DNA of 46,256 nucleotides from IMG/VR virus record IMGVR_UViG_2579779052_000002; one strand, 5' to 3'. The first letter of the stretch is position 1; every line of letters begins with the position of its first letter. The translations under genes and the position numbers were made by a program. A model generated the notes under the pieces. That model saw only the letters and a program-made list of their open reading frames with translations, searched no databases and was not told the DNA's origin. Of the stretch, positions 38,006 through 45,893 are shown one piece after another. Origin of the DNA: a virus. Taxonomy: Duplodnaviria > Heunggongvirae > Uroviricota > Caudoviricetes.

Positions 38006-38031
38006 ACAAAAAAAGCGCCTTATCGGCGCTT
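38006..38031 (-). terminator. intrinsic terminator after the 38040-38309 gene
   Basis: Minus strand AAGCGCC-GATAA-GGCGCTT followed by TTTTTTTGTTTG. Confidence 0.6.
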
Positions 38032-38039
38032 CAAAAGTA

Positions 38040-38309
38040 TCAATTGTTGCTGTTTATTAATCGCCAACCACGAACATATGCTTCATAGGCATCTCTGTGC
38101 CTTACAGTTCCAGCCTGGCTAAACGGAATGTTAGCTAAAACTAAATCATTCTGAGCCATAGCGCGTCCTTCAAGCGCATCTTTTATGCCTAGCTCAAAAG
38201 CACAGGCAGCGCATTTGTGCCGACCTTCTTGTCCTTGATATTCAGGGAGAGACAGAAATGTTGGATTATAACGATGAGGGTTCTTGCAAATACCTGTTTT
38301 AGCCCGCAC
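38040..38309 (-). CDS. hypothetical protein (89 aa), possible Cys-containing small regulator
   Basis: GTG start with GAGG RBS; followed by a strong terminator; no family recognised. Confidence 0.45.
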   Translation of the reverse strand: MRAKTGICKNPHRYNPTFLSLPEYQGQEGRHKCAACAFELGIKDALEGRAMAQNDLVLANIPFSQAGTVRHRDAYEAYVRGWRLINSNN

Positions 38310-38673
38310 TTTATTTACCTCATAGGAAAAATATGCGTGCCTTTACAGAGGTGCGTGTAAGCAATAAAATATACGACGCACATTTTGATTTACTTCGGAA
38401 GGCACGCATATCAGGTTAAGTGAGTCCGACCGAGTTTTACGCCCCAATAGTTGCTGCTATTGGGGCGTTTTGCATGGACAATGCCGCGCAATTATCTTGT
38501 CGCTCACAATGCGAACGATCTTACAAAAAGGCACATTACTGTCAAGATAATTGATCGTTTTAATCGATAGATAATAGACAATCTATTTGTTTAACAGATC
38601 GATTATTGAAGTAAGTGTGCCAAATGGAATGATACTGTCTCTATAAACGTGAGCATTTTTCGCGCAGATGCTT

Positions 38674-38985
38674 TTACTCAGGAAATAACGCCCGGATATT
38701 CCCAGCCATCTGGCTGGTTATCTTAGCCACTGGTGCAGACTGTGCTTCAAACTTTTTTGAGCTGATTTGTGTCACAGGTAACATCTCATCATCAGCCCAT
38801 GCGGCCAGTCGGTAAGCCTCTGCCGGATTCGTCTTCAGAAGTGCCAGCCCGGCCAGAAAAGCCACGCGTTGGCCGCTTTTGCGGGCTTCTGGTGTAAGGC
38901 TGTCCAGCCAGGCGCATGCTTCTCCTTCGTTCTTGACGGCGGCGGGCTTCAGATAGAAACTTATCCGTCTGGTTGGTGTCGTCAT
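38674..38985 (-). CDS. parR: ParR/StbB-like centromere-binding protein
   Basis: Start chosen at ATG 38985 (MTTPTRRISFYLKPAA...KSGQRVAFLAGLALL), resembling plasmid R1 ParR N-terminal RHH region as recalled; directly downstream of parM. Confidence 0.6.
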   Translation of the reverse strand: MTTPTRRISFYLKPAAVKNEGEACAWLDSLTPEARKSGQRVAFLAGLALLKTNPAEAYRLAAWADDEMLPVTQISSKKFEAQSAPVAKITSQMAGNIRALFPE

Positions 38986-38989
38986 TGGT

Positions 38990-39949
38990 TTACTCCTTGT
39001 CCATTGCGTACAGCCCATTAACCAGAGCAAACTGTGGCACCCCGTCCGCGATGAAAGTCGCATTAACTCCGCAGGCTTCGCGGATAGCGGGTGCCACAAT
39101 CTCCGCCCCGCCACCGACAACCATCACCCGCCCGTAACCCGAAAAAACCGCCAGCGCGCGGATCACGCGTTGTTTCAGTGTTTCTTCCTTTTCACGAATA
39201 ACCGCCATCAGGCTGGCGTAATGCGCGTCATTGTGGATGTGCTGGCGCAGCCAGGCTTCATTATGGCGATGTTCGATAATGGTATTGGCGATGTGGTGAC
39301 TGGTGCGCATACCGTTAGTGGCCATCACCGACAGTACGGCATCGGCCATAAGAGAAACGCCTACGTGTGGATCGCAAAACACCTGGCTGATACCTGCCAG
39401 TTGCCCCTGAACCTTTGCCACATCCAGCGTGGTTCCGCCCAAATCCACAATCAGCAGGGATTCAAACGGACTCATGTCAGCCAGTGCTTTAAAGCCAGCC
39501 GGAATGGATTCAGGCATAACCCGTACGTTACGGATAGTGAATGCTTCGCCGTTCTGGTACTCCACCGGGCGCATGACGTTCGCTTTTTTGCGGTTGATGT
39601 TGGCCATGTCCGGCTGTGCGTTTGTGTCGAAATATTCGCTCAGTGGCAGGGTAACAACCACATCCACTTCCTGTGGCGTGATGTCTGATTTGACCAGCGC
39701 GTGATGAATGGCAATGACATTCACATCGCTGTACTGGTATTGCGTGTCGGTCGTCTGGACAAAGCGATCGCTGACCGGATCAAAACCATAGCGCACGCCA
39801 TCAAGCATGTAGTTAGCAGGCTGCGAGCCACCGAACGGCGCAGACCATTCCGACTTGAAGCTGTTCGGGCTGATGGCGTTGCGGCGTTCGCCGTTCTCAG
39901 TCCATGCCAGCTTGATGTTGGTGGAGCCGTCGTCGATGTAAATTTTCAT
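38990..39949 (-). CDS. parM: ParM/StbA-like actin-fold partition ATPase
   Basis: 319 aa; motifs IDDGSTNIK, MPESIPAG, LIVDLGGTTLDV, VMVVGGGAE match actin-like ParM (R1 StbA) as recalled; AAGGAAAA RBS. Confidence 0.8.
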   Translation of the reverse strand: MKIYIDDGSTNIKLAWTENGERRNAISPNSFKSEWSAPFGGSQPANYMLDGVRYGFDPVSDRFVQTTDTQYQYSDVNVIAIHHALVKSDITPQEVDVVVTLPLSEYFDTNAQPDMANINRKKANVMRPVEYQNGEAFTIRNVRVMPESIPAGFKALADMSPFESLLIVDLGGTTLDVAKVQGQLAGISQVFCDPHVGVSLMADAVLSVMATNGMRTSHHIANTIIEHRHNEAWLRQHIHNDAHYASLMAVIREKEETLKQRVIRALAVFSGYGRVMVVGGGAEIVAPAIREACGVNATFIADGVPQFALVNGLYAMDKE

Positions 39950-39977
39950 GTCGGTTTTCCTTATGTTGATTAATTAA

Positions 39978-40096
39978 TCGTTTACGGGATTCTGAAATCC
40001 CGTTTTTGCCTGTTTTGTGCGCGCTTCATATATCGCTGCGCGTTTTTTGCTCATTTACGGGATTCGTGAGTCCCGTTTCTGTCTGTTTTTTGTTTC
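39978..40096. repeat. two ~45-bp direct repeats (73 bp apart), each with an ACGGGA-loop-TCCCGT hairpin followed by a T-rich tract
   Basis: TTTACGGGATTCTGAAATCCCGTTTTTGCCTGTTTTGT and TTTACGGGATTCGTGAGTCCCGTTTCTGTCTGTTTTTTGT; one copy in the A-parM spacer, one in the last codons of A. Confidence 0.8.
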
Positions 40097-42866
40097 CACT
40101 GGTCAGGCCACCCCGCAGCAGGTCTGCTTTGCGGCTGGCGCGTTCAGTGGTTTCACTGATTCTCTGTGCGTGCTCTGCGTCGCGGATGGCGCGCAGCATG
40201 TCAGAAAGCACGGTAACGGGTGTTTTCATGGTGTTCTGGTCCTGCTGAAGTGTGGATGCCAGGCGTGCGGCGGCTTCAGGGTCTGATGCCCCCAGCTGTG
40301 CCAGATAGCTGGCGACCGGGTTATGGCGGATCTCCGTGCTGCTTACGCCATGATTACGGCTCAGACGCTGCCAGAGCTGCGTGATTCGGCTGTCCGGGCG
40401 GGTATCCGGTTTGCGTACAATTTCAAATCCCTGCGGTGCAATGATGCTGCCGTCAACGTACAGACTGCCGCCCCGTAACAGGTGCTGCATCTGTTGTTCA
40501 CCGATATGCAGGCCGAGAGATTCAGCAGACTCCCGCCATTCTTTAGCGAGTAACTCGTGGTTATCAGGCAAAGGCCGCTGCTGTTTGCGGCTCTGTGTCC
40601 AGTTCTGCATTTCATCGCTGCTGTTTTTTGCCTGTTTGTCACGAAGCGAACGCATCAGCGCCCGGCGTTCGTGCCGTTTCAGTGAGCGCATCCATTCATT
40701 TACTTCAACGCCGTCAGGAAGCTGCGGCCACGGTGCTGGCCGTTCTTCCGGCTGTTCTGTCCCGTTGTTGCCTGTTTCCTGTACACGGGGACAGTTATTG
40801 CCACGAGTCCAAGGGGCGGCAGGGCCGCCCTGAAGGTCAAAACCATTTTCGCGGGCGCTGTCTTCCGCTTCCGGTTTACGTCTTACCAGCTTCCAGTTAT
40901 CCGGATGCGTGCACACACGGGAGGATTCCCCGATGAATGGCGACCAGATCCCGTAAATCTGTACACTCTGTTCGCCGTAATCGTTCAGCTCATCTGCGAG
41001 GTCGTAGGCTGTGCGAATCAGGTAGTCCTTGCGCGGAACAAGTACGCCACCCTGTTTTTCAATGTAGGTGGCAAAACATCCGGCATCAGCGGCAGCGAGT
41101 ACCGCATCCATTGCATCATCCTTCAGCCGTTGTGGGCCTTCCGGGTTGCGTGCCATCTGGCTGGCAAGGCGGCGGAGTTCACGCCATACCTGACGGGAGG
41201 GGATGCCAAAGAACTGGAACTGGCGGACCCGGTGAAGGCGTGCCCAGCCGATGGCGCGTTCCACGCTCTCGGCCATTGATTTTCCGGTTTCGTGGTCAAC
41301 GCGTGGCTTGCCCGTTTTCGGGTCGATGCCATCCACGGCGCGGCTGTCCAGGTTCTTTCCGATGTAGGTGGCGATGTAGCTGGTTGGCGTGCCTTTTGAG
41401 CCGTCGACATACTCCACCTTAAAGCGCGGAGTAATATCATTGCCCAGCTCGTGGCGGTCTTCCTGAATGGCAATATCGCGGGTGTGGGACACAATGGTGT
41501 CGATTTCTTCCGGATGAGCAAAGACCATCATATGCCAGTGCACGGTGCCGTCATGGTGAGGCTCCACCGTGCGGATGCCATACCAGCGCAGGCCGTCGCG
41601 GTTCAGTTTCTTGCGGACCGCCGCAAAAAACGTGTTAACCAGGTAATCGCTGGAGTCGCGCATGGTGGCCCCGTTCCATTTGGGATTCGGATGACCGTTC
41701 TCTGTTGTGGCGTGGTATTTTGACGGGCAGGTGACAGTCAGAAACACCGCTCTGTCGCCACGGGCTTCGGCCAGAAGTTCCAGCCCCTTCATGGTGGCCA
41801 TCATTTCTGCCTTACGGTGAATCGGGTTACTTACTCCCGCGTAATACACTGTCTCGAGATCAATCGTGAACCCGTCTTCGTTTTCCAGCATGAAACTTTT
41901 CAGGAAATCGCGTGTTTTCTCGCGCTGTGCGCGAAACTCGCTTAACGCGTCCTGGCTCAGATAGGGTGATGTTTTTCTGGAAACCAGACAGGCGGCGCGG
42001 AGTTGTTCTTCTCTCCACTCGCAACGTAACAGCCACAGTTTGCGTTTCCACCATTCCGCACAGGTCAGGCGAAGGATTGCGCCCGGCAGCAGCTCCGTGT
42101 CCGGTTCATTCCTCCGGTCTTTGTCTGTTGTCAGAGCGTCATAATGTGGAGGCATAGCGTGCAGGTGTAACGCCATGCGGGCCAGCATCTGATACGCCTT
42201 CAGCGTTACATCCATGGTCAGCTCGCCATCGGTCGCGCCAAAGCCATCGCAGAGTTTTTCAAAAGTGCCACTGAACATCGCCGCCGTCATGGTGGCCAGC
42301 GTCTGTATCTGGTGTTTGTTGAGCTGCGGCAGGTAAAGCAAATCGTCCAGGCGTTCGCGTCCGGCAAGGGAGCGATAGCCCGGTGTCAGCCAGCGGCTGT
42401 CGGTGCGGTCCAGACGTTCGAATATTTTGCGCAGGGTTCCGCGCGCGTAGCGTTCAGCCTGCCAGCTCTTTTTGCCTTTCTGACGATCGGCTTCCTGCTT
42501 CTTGCGCAGAAAAGAGAGGTGGCGGCTCAGAGGTTCACGCAGATAAACGGGAAGCACCTTCAGTGTGGCAAAAGCACGGGCCACCGGGTCTTGTTCTGTT
42601 GCCTGACGCTTGCTGATGATGCTTTGTGCCAGCTTTTCACGCTGTCCGGCTTCCTCAAGGGATGCCATGAGTTTTTTACCCACGGTGGATTGTGCGAAAA
42701 AGGCTTCTTCCTTCGCTTCCTGTTCTTCCTGTGCCCTTTTGTTTGCCTCAAGGTAGTAACGGATGGCGCGTTGCAGGTCGGTTTCAGTTTCCTGCCTGCG
42801 CTCCGTAAATCTGGCCGGATCAATGGCTGGCCGTGGTTCATTCCAGCTCCATGCAAACGCACTCAT
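40026..42866 (-). CDS. A: replication initiation endonuclease (P2 gpA-like, HUH rolling-circle family)
   Basis: HUH motif HWHMMVF and tyrosine motif SYIATYIGK; start set at ATG 42866, ATGA-coupled to the upstream gene (ORF track starts 27 nt earlier). Confidence 0.8.
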   Translation of the reverse strand: MSAFAWSWNEPRPAIDPARFTERRQETETDLQRAIRYYLEANKRAQEEQEAKEEAFFAQSTVGKKLMASLEEAGQREKLAQSIISKRQATEQDPVARAFATLKVLPVYLREPLSRHLSFLRKKQEADRQKGKKSWQAERYARGTLRKIFERLDRTDSRWLTPGYRSLAGRERLDDLLYLPQLNKHQIQTLATMTAAMFSGTFEKLCDGFGATDGELTMDVTLKAYQMLARMALHLHAMPPHYDALTTDKDRRNEPDTELLPGAILRLTCAEWWKRKLWLLRCEWREEQLRAACLVSRKTSPYLSQDALSEFRAQREKTRDFLKSFMLENEDGFTIDLETVYYAGVSNPIHRKAEMMATMKGLELLAEARGDRAVFLTVTCPSKYHATTENGHPNPKWNGATMRDSSDYLVNTFFAAVRKKLNRDGLRWYGIRTVEPHHDGTVHWHMMVFAHPEEIDTIVSHTRDIAIQEDRHELGNDITPRFKVEYVDGSKGTPTSYIATYIGKNLDSRAVDGIDPKTGKPRVDHETGKSMAESVERAIGWARLHRVRQFQFFGIPSRQVWRELRRLASQMARNPEGPQRLKDDAMDAVLAAADAGCFATYIEKQGGVLVPRKDYLIRTAYDLADELNDYGEQSVQIYGIWSPFIGESSRVCTHPDNWKLVRRKPEAEDSARENGFDLQGGPAAPWTRGNNCPRVQETGNNGTEQPEERPAPWPQLPDGVEVNEWMRSLKRHERRALMRSLRDKQAKNSSDEMQNWTQSRKQQRPLPDNHELLAKEWRESAESLGLHIGEQQMQHLLRGGSLYVDGSIIAPQGFEIVRKPDTRPDSRITQLWQRLSRNHGVSSTEIRHNPVASYLAQLGASDPEAAARLASTLQQDQNTMKTPVTVLSDMLRAIRDAEHAQRISETTERASRKADLLRGGLTSGNKKQTETGLTNPVNEQKTRSDI

Positions 42867-43252
42867 GGCTGGTATCCCGTCACGCGCTGCCACTCCTGTG
42901 AGAAGAGGGCGGAAAGGCGGTTAAATTCAGCGGAGTATTCACTCAGCGAGGCACACCCGCCAGCAGTGCGATGCGCCAGCATTGCCGCAAATATGGAGGC
43001 CGGGGAGTCGTAATACGCCAGCAGTGATTCGCCGTGTGGTGTCAGGCAGTGCAACGCCAGCCCGTGTGGTGTGAAGTCCACGCGGTAGCAGTCGTCTACT
43101 GTGAAATAAAGGGTGTCTGCATTCTCCGGTTTTGTGGTGCGTGCTCTGTTGTCACGACCACGGATGTAGAGATCAAATAATCCCTGAAGAACGGGAGCCA
43201 GACGGGTGTCCTGTGTGCGCACCCATCTTGTGAAGTCATGAGCGTCAATCAT
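42863..43252 (-). CDS. hypothetical protein (129 aa), early operon
   Basis: ATG ORF translationally coupled to A. Confidence 0.55.
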   Translation of the reverse strand: MIDAHDFTRWVRTQDTRLAPVLQGLFDLYIRGRDNRARTTKPENADTLYFTVDDCYRVDFTPHGLALHCLTPHGESLLAYYDSPASIFAAMLAHRTAGGCASLSEYSAEFNRLSALFSQEWQRVTGYQP

Positions 43253-43360
43253 GCTGCAATTCTCTTTACTACAGATGTGCGAAGGCTTCCTGCCAAAAAA
43301 CTCAGAAGCGGTCGGTTACAGGAATTGACGTTCTACGAGTAGTTATTGCTGGCTTGAGGT

Positions 43361-43579
43361 TCATTTCTGTTTAATTCCGTGCATGCTGTAGAAGAAATCA
43401 AAAGTGTTATCTATGCGTATCATGAGCTCACGCTGCATCGCTTCTGGTGTTTCTGGTTCGCCTGGTGAGCCAACTCCCGCGAAGAAATCACCGATCTCGC
43501 TTTGAATAAGTGCCTTTAGCGTTGCTGAGGAACTCAGGTGTGTTCGGTGATGTCTGCGAGTGATTCTTCTCCTACTCAT
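43361..43579 (-). CDS. hypothetical protein (72 aa)
   Basis: ATG ORF, ATGA-coupled to the upstream gene. Confidence 0.45.
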   Translation of the reverse strand: MSRRRITRRHHRTHLSSSATLKALIQSEIGDFFAGVGSPGEPETPEAMQRELMIRIDNTFDFFYSMHGIKQK

Positions 43580-43779
43580 TTGCGTGGATCCTGTACCTGT
43601 CGGATAAGATTCACCCGCGCCACATTAGTGGCGCAAAAGTAAGTGCCGTCAGTGAGATAGATGTGGTGTGCATCCTTTTCTGAGCGGTGTTTGTCGATTG
43701 TGGTAATCAGACGTTCGTCGACTTCGTATTCACGTCCTCTGGAGGTGAAACGAACGACAGGAAAATGCTTAATTGCCAT
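43576..43779 (-). CDS. hypothetical protein (67 aa)
   Basis: Start chosen at ATG 43779 with AAGGAGG RBS (ORF track starts at an upstream GTG). Confidence 0.55.
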   Translation of the reverse strand: MAIKHFPVVRFTSRGREYEVDERLITTIDKHRSEKDAHHIYLTDGTYFCATNVARVNLIRQVQDPRK

Positions 43780-43865
43780 TACGCCTCCTTGGTGTGTGTG
43801 AATACCTCTGCGAATGCAGATTGTGTTCACATTTTTTTATTTAAGCTGGGGTTTTATTTATGCGG

Positions 43866-43979
43866 TTATTCGCCAGTGAAAAAGCGTTCAATCTTTTTTA
43901 CTGAATTAATAATTCGCATAATACCAATTGCACAAACCACCGAAATAATAAGAACAATCCAGGATATAAATATACTCAT
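43866..43979 (-). CDS. small hydrophobic peptide (37 aa, single predicted TM)
   Basis: Below ORF-track cutoff; MSIFISWIVLIISVVCAIGIMRIINSVKKIERFFTGE, ATGA-coupled to the upstream gene. Confidence 0.35.
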   Translation of the reverse strand: MSIFISWIVLIISVVCAIGIMRIINSVKKIERFFTGE

Positions 43980-44218
43980 GCGATATTTCCCAGTTTGTAC
44001 GGCTCAATATGCTCCCCGCATTCTGCGGCGCAGATAAGCTCAGAAAGTTCATTAAGCGCATCCAGATCGTCAGCGTAAAAAGCTACGTCATACAGACTCC
44101 GGATAGCCCTGGTCAATGAGTCACGGGCTGCACGTTCTGAATGAGCGCCGGATGCGCTTAAACGAAAATAAAAACGCTCAAGTGCTTTGTTGATGAGAGT
44201 TTTATATTCTTTATCCAT
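43976..44218 (-). CDS. hypothetical protein (80 aa)
   Basis: ATG with AAGGGTG RBS. Confidence 0.5.
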   Translation of the reverse strand: MDKEYKTLINKALERFYFRLSASGAHSERAARDSLTRAIRSLYDVAFYADDLDALNELSELICAAECGEHIEPYKLGNIA

Positions 44219-44229
44219 CGCAACACCCT

Positions 44230-44508
44230 TTAATCTGCTTTCTGAATTTCAGCTTCTGAATCCATGCAGATAATCTCGATATAGGGTTCATCGCCATTAA
44301 CCTGACGAGATTTTTCGGCTTCGCTAATTATTTCGCGAATGATCTGGTACGGAAGCTCTACAGTCAGGCGTGTACCGTTCAGATAAACGTAGGTAGCTGC
44401 GTTTTTTTCAGATGGAACTACTCCGTCAATAGCTGATGCGCGTAATAACAGTTCACCGCGAAAATCAATAAAGCGGATAAATACACCTTGTGCATGGTCT
44501 TTAGTCAT
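44230..44508 (-). CDS. hypothetical protein (92 aa)
   Basis: ATG with AGGTG RBS. Confidence 0.5.
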   Translation of the reverse strand: MTKDHAQGVFIRFIDFRGELLLRASAIDGVVPSEKNAATYVYLNGTRLTVELPYQIIREIISEAEKSRQVNGDEPYIEIICMDSEAEIQKAD

Positions 44509-44518
44509 AAAGCACCTG

Positions 44519-44869
44519 TTATAAAGCAGCCTGTTTAATAAAACTTTGCCCGCGAAGCAGACGATCGACTGTGCGTAGTGCTTCGTACAATGTGAAATCC
44601 TGCCCGAACTGATTATCGCCGCTGCTTAATGCAAAAATGCGGTTTCCGGTAAACGGATTGTGTGGGCATCTGTGAACCACGATTCCAGCTTTCTCAATCA
44701 GCCAGGTGTGTTCGCCGATTTGTTTTACAGCGTGCCCATCTGGTGTTGCGTGCGTCTCGTTCAGGTTATAGCGGCTGTTACTACGTGATGCACTGGTAGC
44801 GACGTGGTGTACATGGCGTTCTACGCCATTACGAAATTTGGAGTATGGATTATTAGTGTTTTTTTTCAT
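44519..44869 (-). CDS. hypothetical protein (116 aa)
   Basis: ATG ORF in early operon; weak RBS. Confidence 0.45.
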   Translation of the reverse strand: MKKNTNNPYSKFRNGVERHVHHVATSASRSNSRYNLNETHATPDGHAVKQIGEHTWLIEKAGIVVHRCPHNPFTGNRIFALSSGDNQFGQDFTLYEALRTVDRLLRGQSFIKQAAL

Positions 44870-44890
44870 GATGATGCTCTGTTCATTGTT

Positions 44891-45094
44891 TTAGCTGTTA
44901 GCCAAAGCGTCTTTTAACATCGCCACAAGGTTTACTTCAGGCTTTTCCATTTTGGCGCGTTTGGGGCGGATAATAATTCGACCGTCAGCCAACATCTTTT
45001 TGCATGTATTAAGAGGGATACCTGTTATCTCTGCATATTTCTGCAGGGATACATAGGGGGCATTCACATTGATATTGATGGTTATACCTGACAT
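44891..45094 (-). CDS. cox: Cox-like HTH excisionase/regulator
   Basis: 67 aa; APYVSLQKYAEITGIPLNTCKKMLADGRI resembles P2 Cox HTH (IPYQEFAKLIGKSTGAVRRMIDKGKL) as recalled. Confidence 0.55.
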   Translation of the reverse strand: MSGITININVNAPYVSLQKYAEITGIPLNTCKKMLADGRIIIRPKRAKMEKPEVNLVAMLKDALANS

Positions 45095-45110
45095 CCCACT
45101 AGCCTCCTGA

Positions 45111-45317
45111 TCAGGAAGATTTGTTTTGTTCTTTCTGGGTTAGCTCTAGGCCGCGAAGGAAGATCATGCGCGCCATGTTAGAGGATGAGCGTTGTTCTTT
45201 AGCTGCCATTTCATCAATGACGGCTCGCTCCTCGAGGGACAGCCGAAGTGCCAGTCTTGGACCTGTGGCGGTGTTACGCGGAATGCGTGATCTGGTATCG
45301 TGAAGAACTTGTTTCAT
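45111..45317 (-). CDS. small ribbon-helix-helix-like regulator, first gene of the early operon
   Basis: 68 aa, RLSLEERAVIDEMAAKEQRSSSNMARMIFLRGLE; no obvious RBS (possibly leaderless); divergent from repressor. Confidence 0.45.
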   Translation of the reverse strand: MKQVLHDTRSRIPRNTATGPRLALRLSLEERAVIDEMAAKEQRSSSNMARMIFLRGLELTQKEQNKSS

Positions 45318-45359
45318 AGTGGTATATTGTGATCATCTAATAGCTCGTGAAATCATTTT

Positions 45360-45377
45360 GGTATCAAAAAAGATACC
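45360..45377. promoter_or_regulatory. candidate operator GGTATC-AAAAAA-GATACC in divergent repressor/early promoter region
   Basis: Perfect 6-bp-arm inverted repeat 15 bp upstream of the repressor ATG; a related half-site GGTATA lies at 45321. Confidence 0.4.
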
Positions 45378-45392
45378 TGTCAAGGTTTTTGT

Positions 45393-45797
45393 ATGAAAAA
45401 TGATATTGGTCAGCGGTTGCGTGAGGAAAGGGAAAGATTGGGACTTAGTCAAGTTGCCATGAGCGACATTGGTGGAGTCAAAAAGCTAACTCAGCTTAGA
45501 TATGAGAAAGGAGATAGCTTTCCTGATGCTGCGTATTTGGCAGCGCTGTCTCGTTTTGGCCTTGATGTTCAGTATGTTGTGTTGGGAATTCACTCACCTG
45601 AAACTTATAACGATGATGAGCAGGAGTTGATTACTCGCTTTCGAGCAGCTTCGTTAGATGTGAAAAACGCGGTGATCGGGGCTTTAAAAGGTGCGATCAG
45701 TGAAAAGGAAACTCAGCCATCAGGACGTGAGTTAAATATTTCTGGTGGTAATAACCGTATCGCTGGTCGTGACTATAACGAAACTAAGGGTAGGTGA
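45393..45797 (+). CDS. XRE-family HTH repressor (immunity repressor candidate)
   Basis: 134 aa; N-terminal HTH (IGQRLREERERLGLSQVAMSDIGGVKKLTQLRYEKGDSFP); divergent from the cox-like operon. Confidence 0.7.
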   Translation: MKNDIGQRLREERERLGLSQVAMSDIGGVKKLTQLRYEKGDSFPDAAYLAALSRFGLDVQYVVLGIHSPETYNDDEQELITRFRAASLDVKNAVIGALKGAISEKETQPSGRELNISGGNNRIAGRDYNETKGR

Positions 45798-45812
45798 TAG
45801 TAGGGAGGTGAC

Positions 45813-45893
45813 ATGGCCGTCAACTCAAACGGTTCAAACAATCGCGTTGCTGGGCGTGATTTTCACGAAAAGAATATTCAGATAGAGCGATAT
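45813..45893 (+). pseudogene. ORF truncated by IS1 insertion
   Basis: ATG 45813 with GGGAGGTG RBS; reads MAVNSNGSNNRVAGRDFHEKNIQIERY then runs into the IS1 left end at 45894. Confidence 0.55.

Noticed and set aside
38040-38309. 89-aa protein as an Ogr/Delta-type zinc-finger late activator
   Set aside because: Only three Cys residues with spacing unlike the Ogr C-x2-C...C-x4-C motif as recalled.
40381-41422. Plus-strand ORFs of 113-161 aa
   Set aside because: Antisense to replication gene A.
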